Positions 62,790 through 64,000 of a stretch of 64,000 nt of DNA are shown here, in pieces. A model generated the notes under the pieces. The model was not told the DNA's origin and searched no databases. It saw nothing but the letters and a program-made list of their open reading frames with translations. Every line of letters begins with the position of its first letter. Position 1 is the first letter of the stretch. Source of the DNA: Mobula birostris (Eukaryota). Position numbers and translations under genes: made by a program. The stretch spans positions 173,172,058 through 173,236,057 of the forward strand of contig NC_092372.1 in assembly GCF_030028105.1 (NCBI RefSeq), written 5' to 3'.

Positions 62790-63268
62790 ATAAAATTGAC
62801 ATTTTATTGAAAAAAATTTAAGGTTTGACAGTATTCTGTTATCAAGTTACAGAGTTAGTGATACCTGATATTCCATGAGCTATTTGATGCCTGAATTTGT
62901 TGTTTAACAATTCCCAATAACTAAATTTAGTTATGCATAAATGTTTGCTTGAACTTCATGCCAACATACATACAAACCATCAGCTACAGTATTTCCATTA
63001 TAAATAGGCACTCAGATTAATAAAACTTTGTCATTTGTTCACTGTGGCATTTTTGACTGAATATTCATCTCCCTCCACCACAATATTGCAAACATTAACT
63101 GGCAATATAATGGAAACTCCATTAATACTGTATAACCGATTCATGTCACAAAATCTACTTCAGAGCAATCTACTCAAATACAATCTCTTTAGTTGGTGAT
63201 CCACACATCAATACTAGCATTAGCCCCATGCACAAGGAACTCCGTATGTAATCCACCTTAATGCAATT
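62790..63268 (-). other. gpd1l: Putative gpd1l 3' UTR with candidate polyadenylation signal
   Basis: AT-rich, repeat-free sequence follows the stop codon; minus-strand AATAAA at 62803-62808. The true 3' end could be further downstream. Confidence 0.45.
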
Positions 63269-63365
63269 TTACAAGTGTTCTGGATGGTGCTGCAGGCAGG
63301 ATATCAGTTCTCCCACTGGCTTGCCTTCGTAGCAAATTTGATACACTGCTGTGAACAAAGGGAAC
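63269..63365 (-). CDS. gpd1l: Glycerol-3-phosphate dehydrogenase 1-like, last coding exon
   Basis: Minus strand reads ttttttttgtcatag|G TTC CCT TTG..., giving [31 protein letters not shown]. This matches the GPD1L C-terminus ([31 protein letters not shown]). Polypyrimidine tract and AG acceptor are present. Not in the supplied ORF track. Confidence 0.93.
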
Positions 63366-63539
63366 CTATGACAAAAAAAAACAAGATTGAATGGGTTTGT
63401 AACAATTCTTCCGATAAGATGGTGATACGTTCGGTCGCAGCGGCTTCTACGGGATCAACCGAAAGTGTTATTGTCCTTGTTAAACATTTTTTACAATCAC
63501 AAGACTCAGCTGGACATTAAGGACTTGAAGTACTGCAGG

Positions 63540-64000
63540 TCAGAATCAGAATCAGGTTTATTATTACTGGCATGTGACGTGAAATTCGTTAACTTAGGCA
63601 GTAGTTCAATGTAATACATAAAGAGAAAAAATAATAAATTACAGTACTATATGTATATTGAATAGATTTTTAAAAATCGTGCAAAAAACAGAAAAACCCT
63701 ATATTTTTAAAAAGTGAGTTAGTGTCCAAGGGTTCAATGTCCATTTAGCAATCAGATGGCAGGGGGGAAGAAGCTGTTCCTGAATCACTGACTGTGTGCC
63801 TTCAGGCTTCTGTACCTCCTACCTGATGGTAACAGTGAGAAAAGGGCATGCCCTGGGTGCTGGAGGTCCTTAATAATGAATGCTGCCTTTCTGAGACACC
63901 GCTCCCTAAAGATGTCCTGGGTACTTTGTAGGCTAGTACCCAAGATGGAGCCGACTAGATTTACAATCCTAGGCAGTTTCTTTCGGTCCCGTGCAGTAGA
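63540..64000 (-). mobile_element. Rex1/Babar LINE 3' end in the last gpd1l intron
   Basis: (cagaat)n tail and tttatt; minus-strand KDLQHPGHALFSLLPSGRRYRSLK..FRNSFFP. Confidence 0.85.

Noticed and set aside
63275-63520. Plus-strand 81-aa ORF
   Set aside because: Antisense shadow of the gpd1l last exon.
1-64000. CRISPR arrays, rRNA genes or prokaryotic operons
   Set aside because: No regularly spaced repeat-spacer array or rRNA-like sequence is visible; the DNA is clearly eukaryotic.

Overview
Repeat-dense vertebrate genomic DNA. The repeat set (CR1, V-/Deu-/CORE-type SINEs, GIY-YIG Penelope-like elements) suggests a cartilaginous fish, probably a ray; this is inference. Two host genes are recognisable on the minus strand: cmtm8 coding exon 1 (45257-45385), whose first intron apparently covers positions 1-45256, and the last coding exon of gpd1l (63269-63365). 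This matches the GPD1L-CMTM8 order known from mammals. The rest is mostly nested, decayed transposons: two near-full-length CR1 LINEs, an L1, Rex1/Babar LINEs, an IR/DR Tc1, a Mag-type Gypsy provirus, a solo LTR, and Harbinger, hAT and pogo MITEs. The most notable signal is a dispersed family of minimal type I hammerhead ribozymes (AGTC-CTGAYGA-A-stem II-GAAA-CG-TC-GACT) in Penelope-like element (PLE) ends. Two copies with intact cores lie in sense orientation about 1.55 kb apart just inside cmtm8 intron 1, and several short palindromic, TSD-flanked PLE-end mini-elements are present. Boundaries of old repeats are approximate because they were read by eye.
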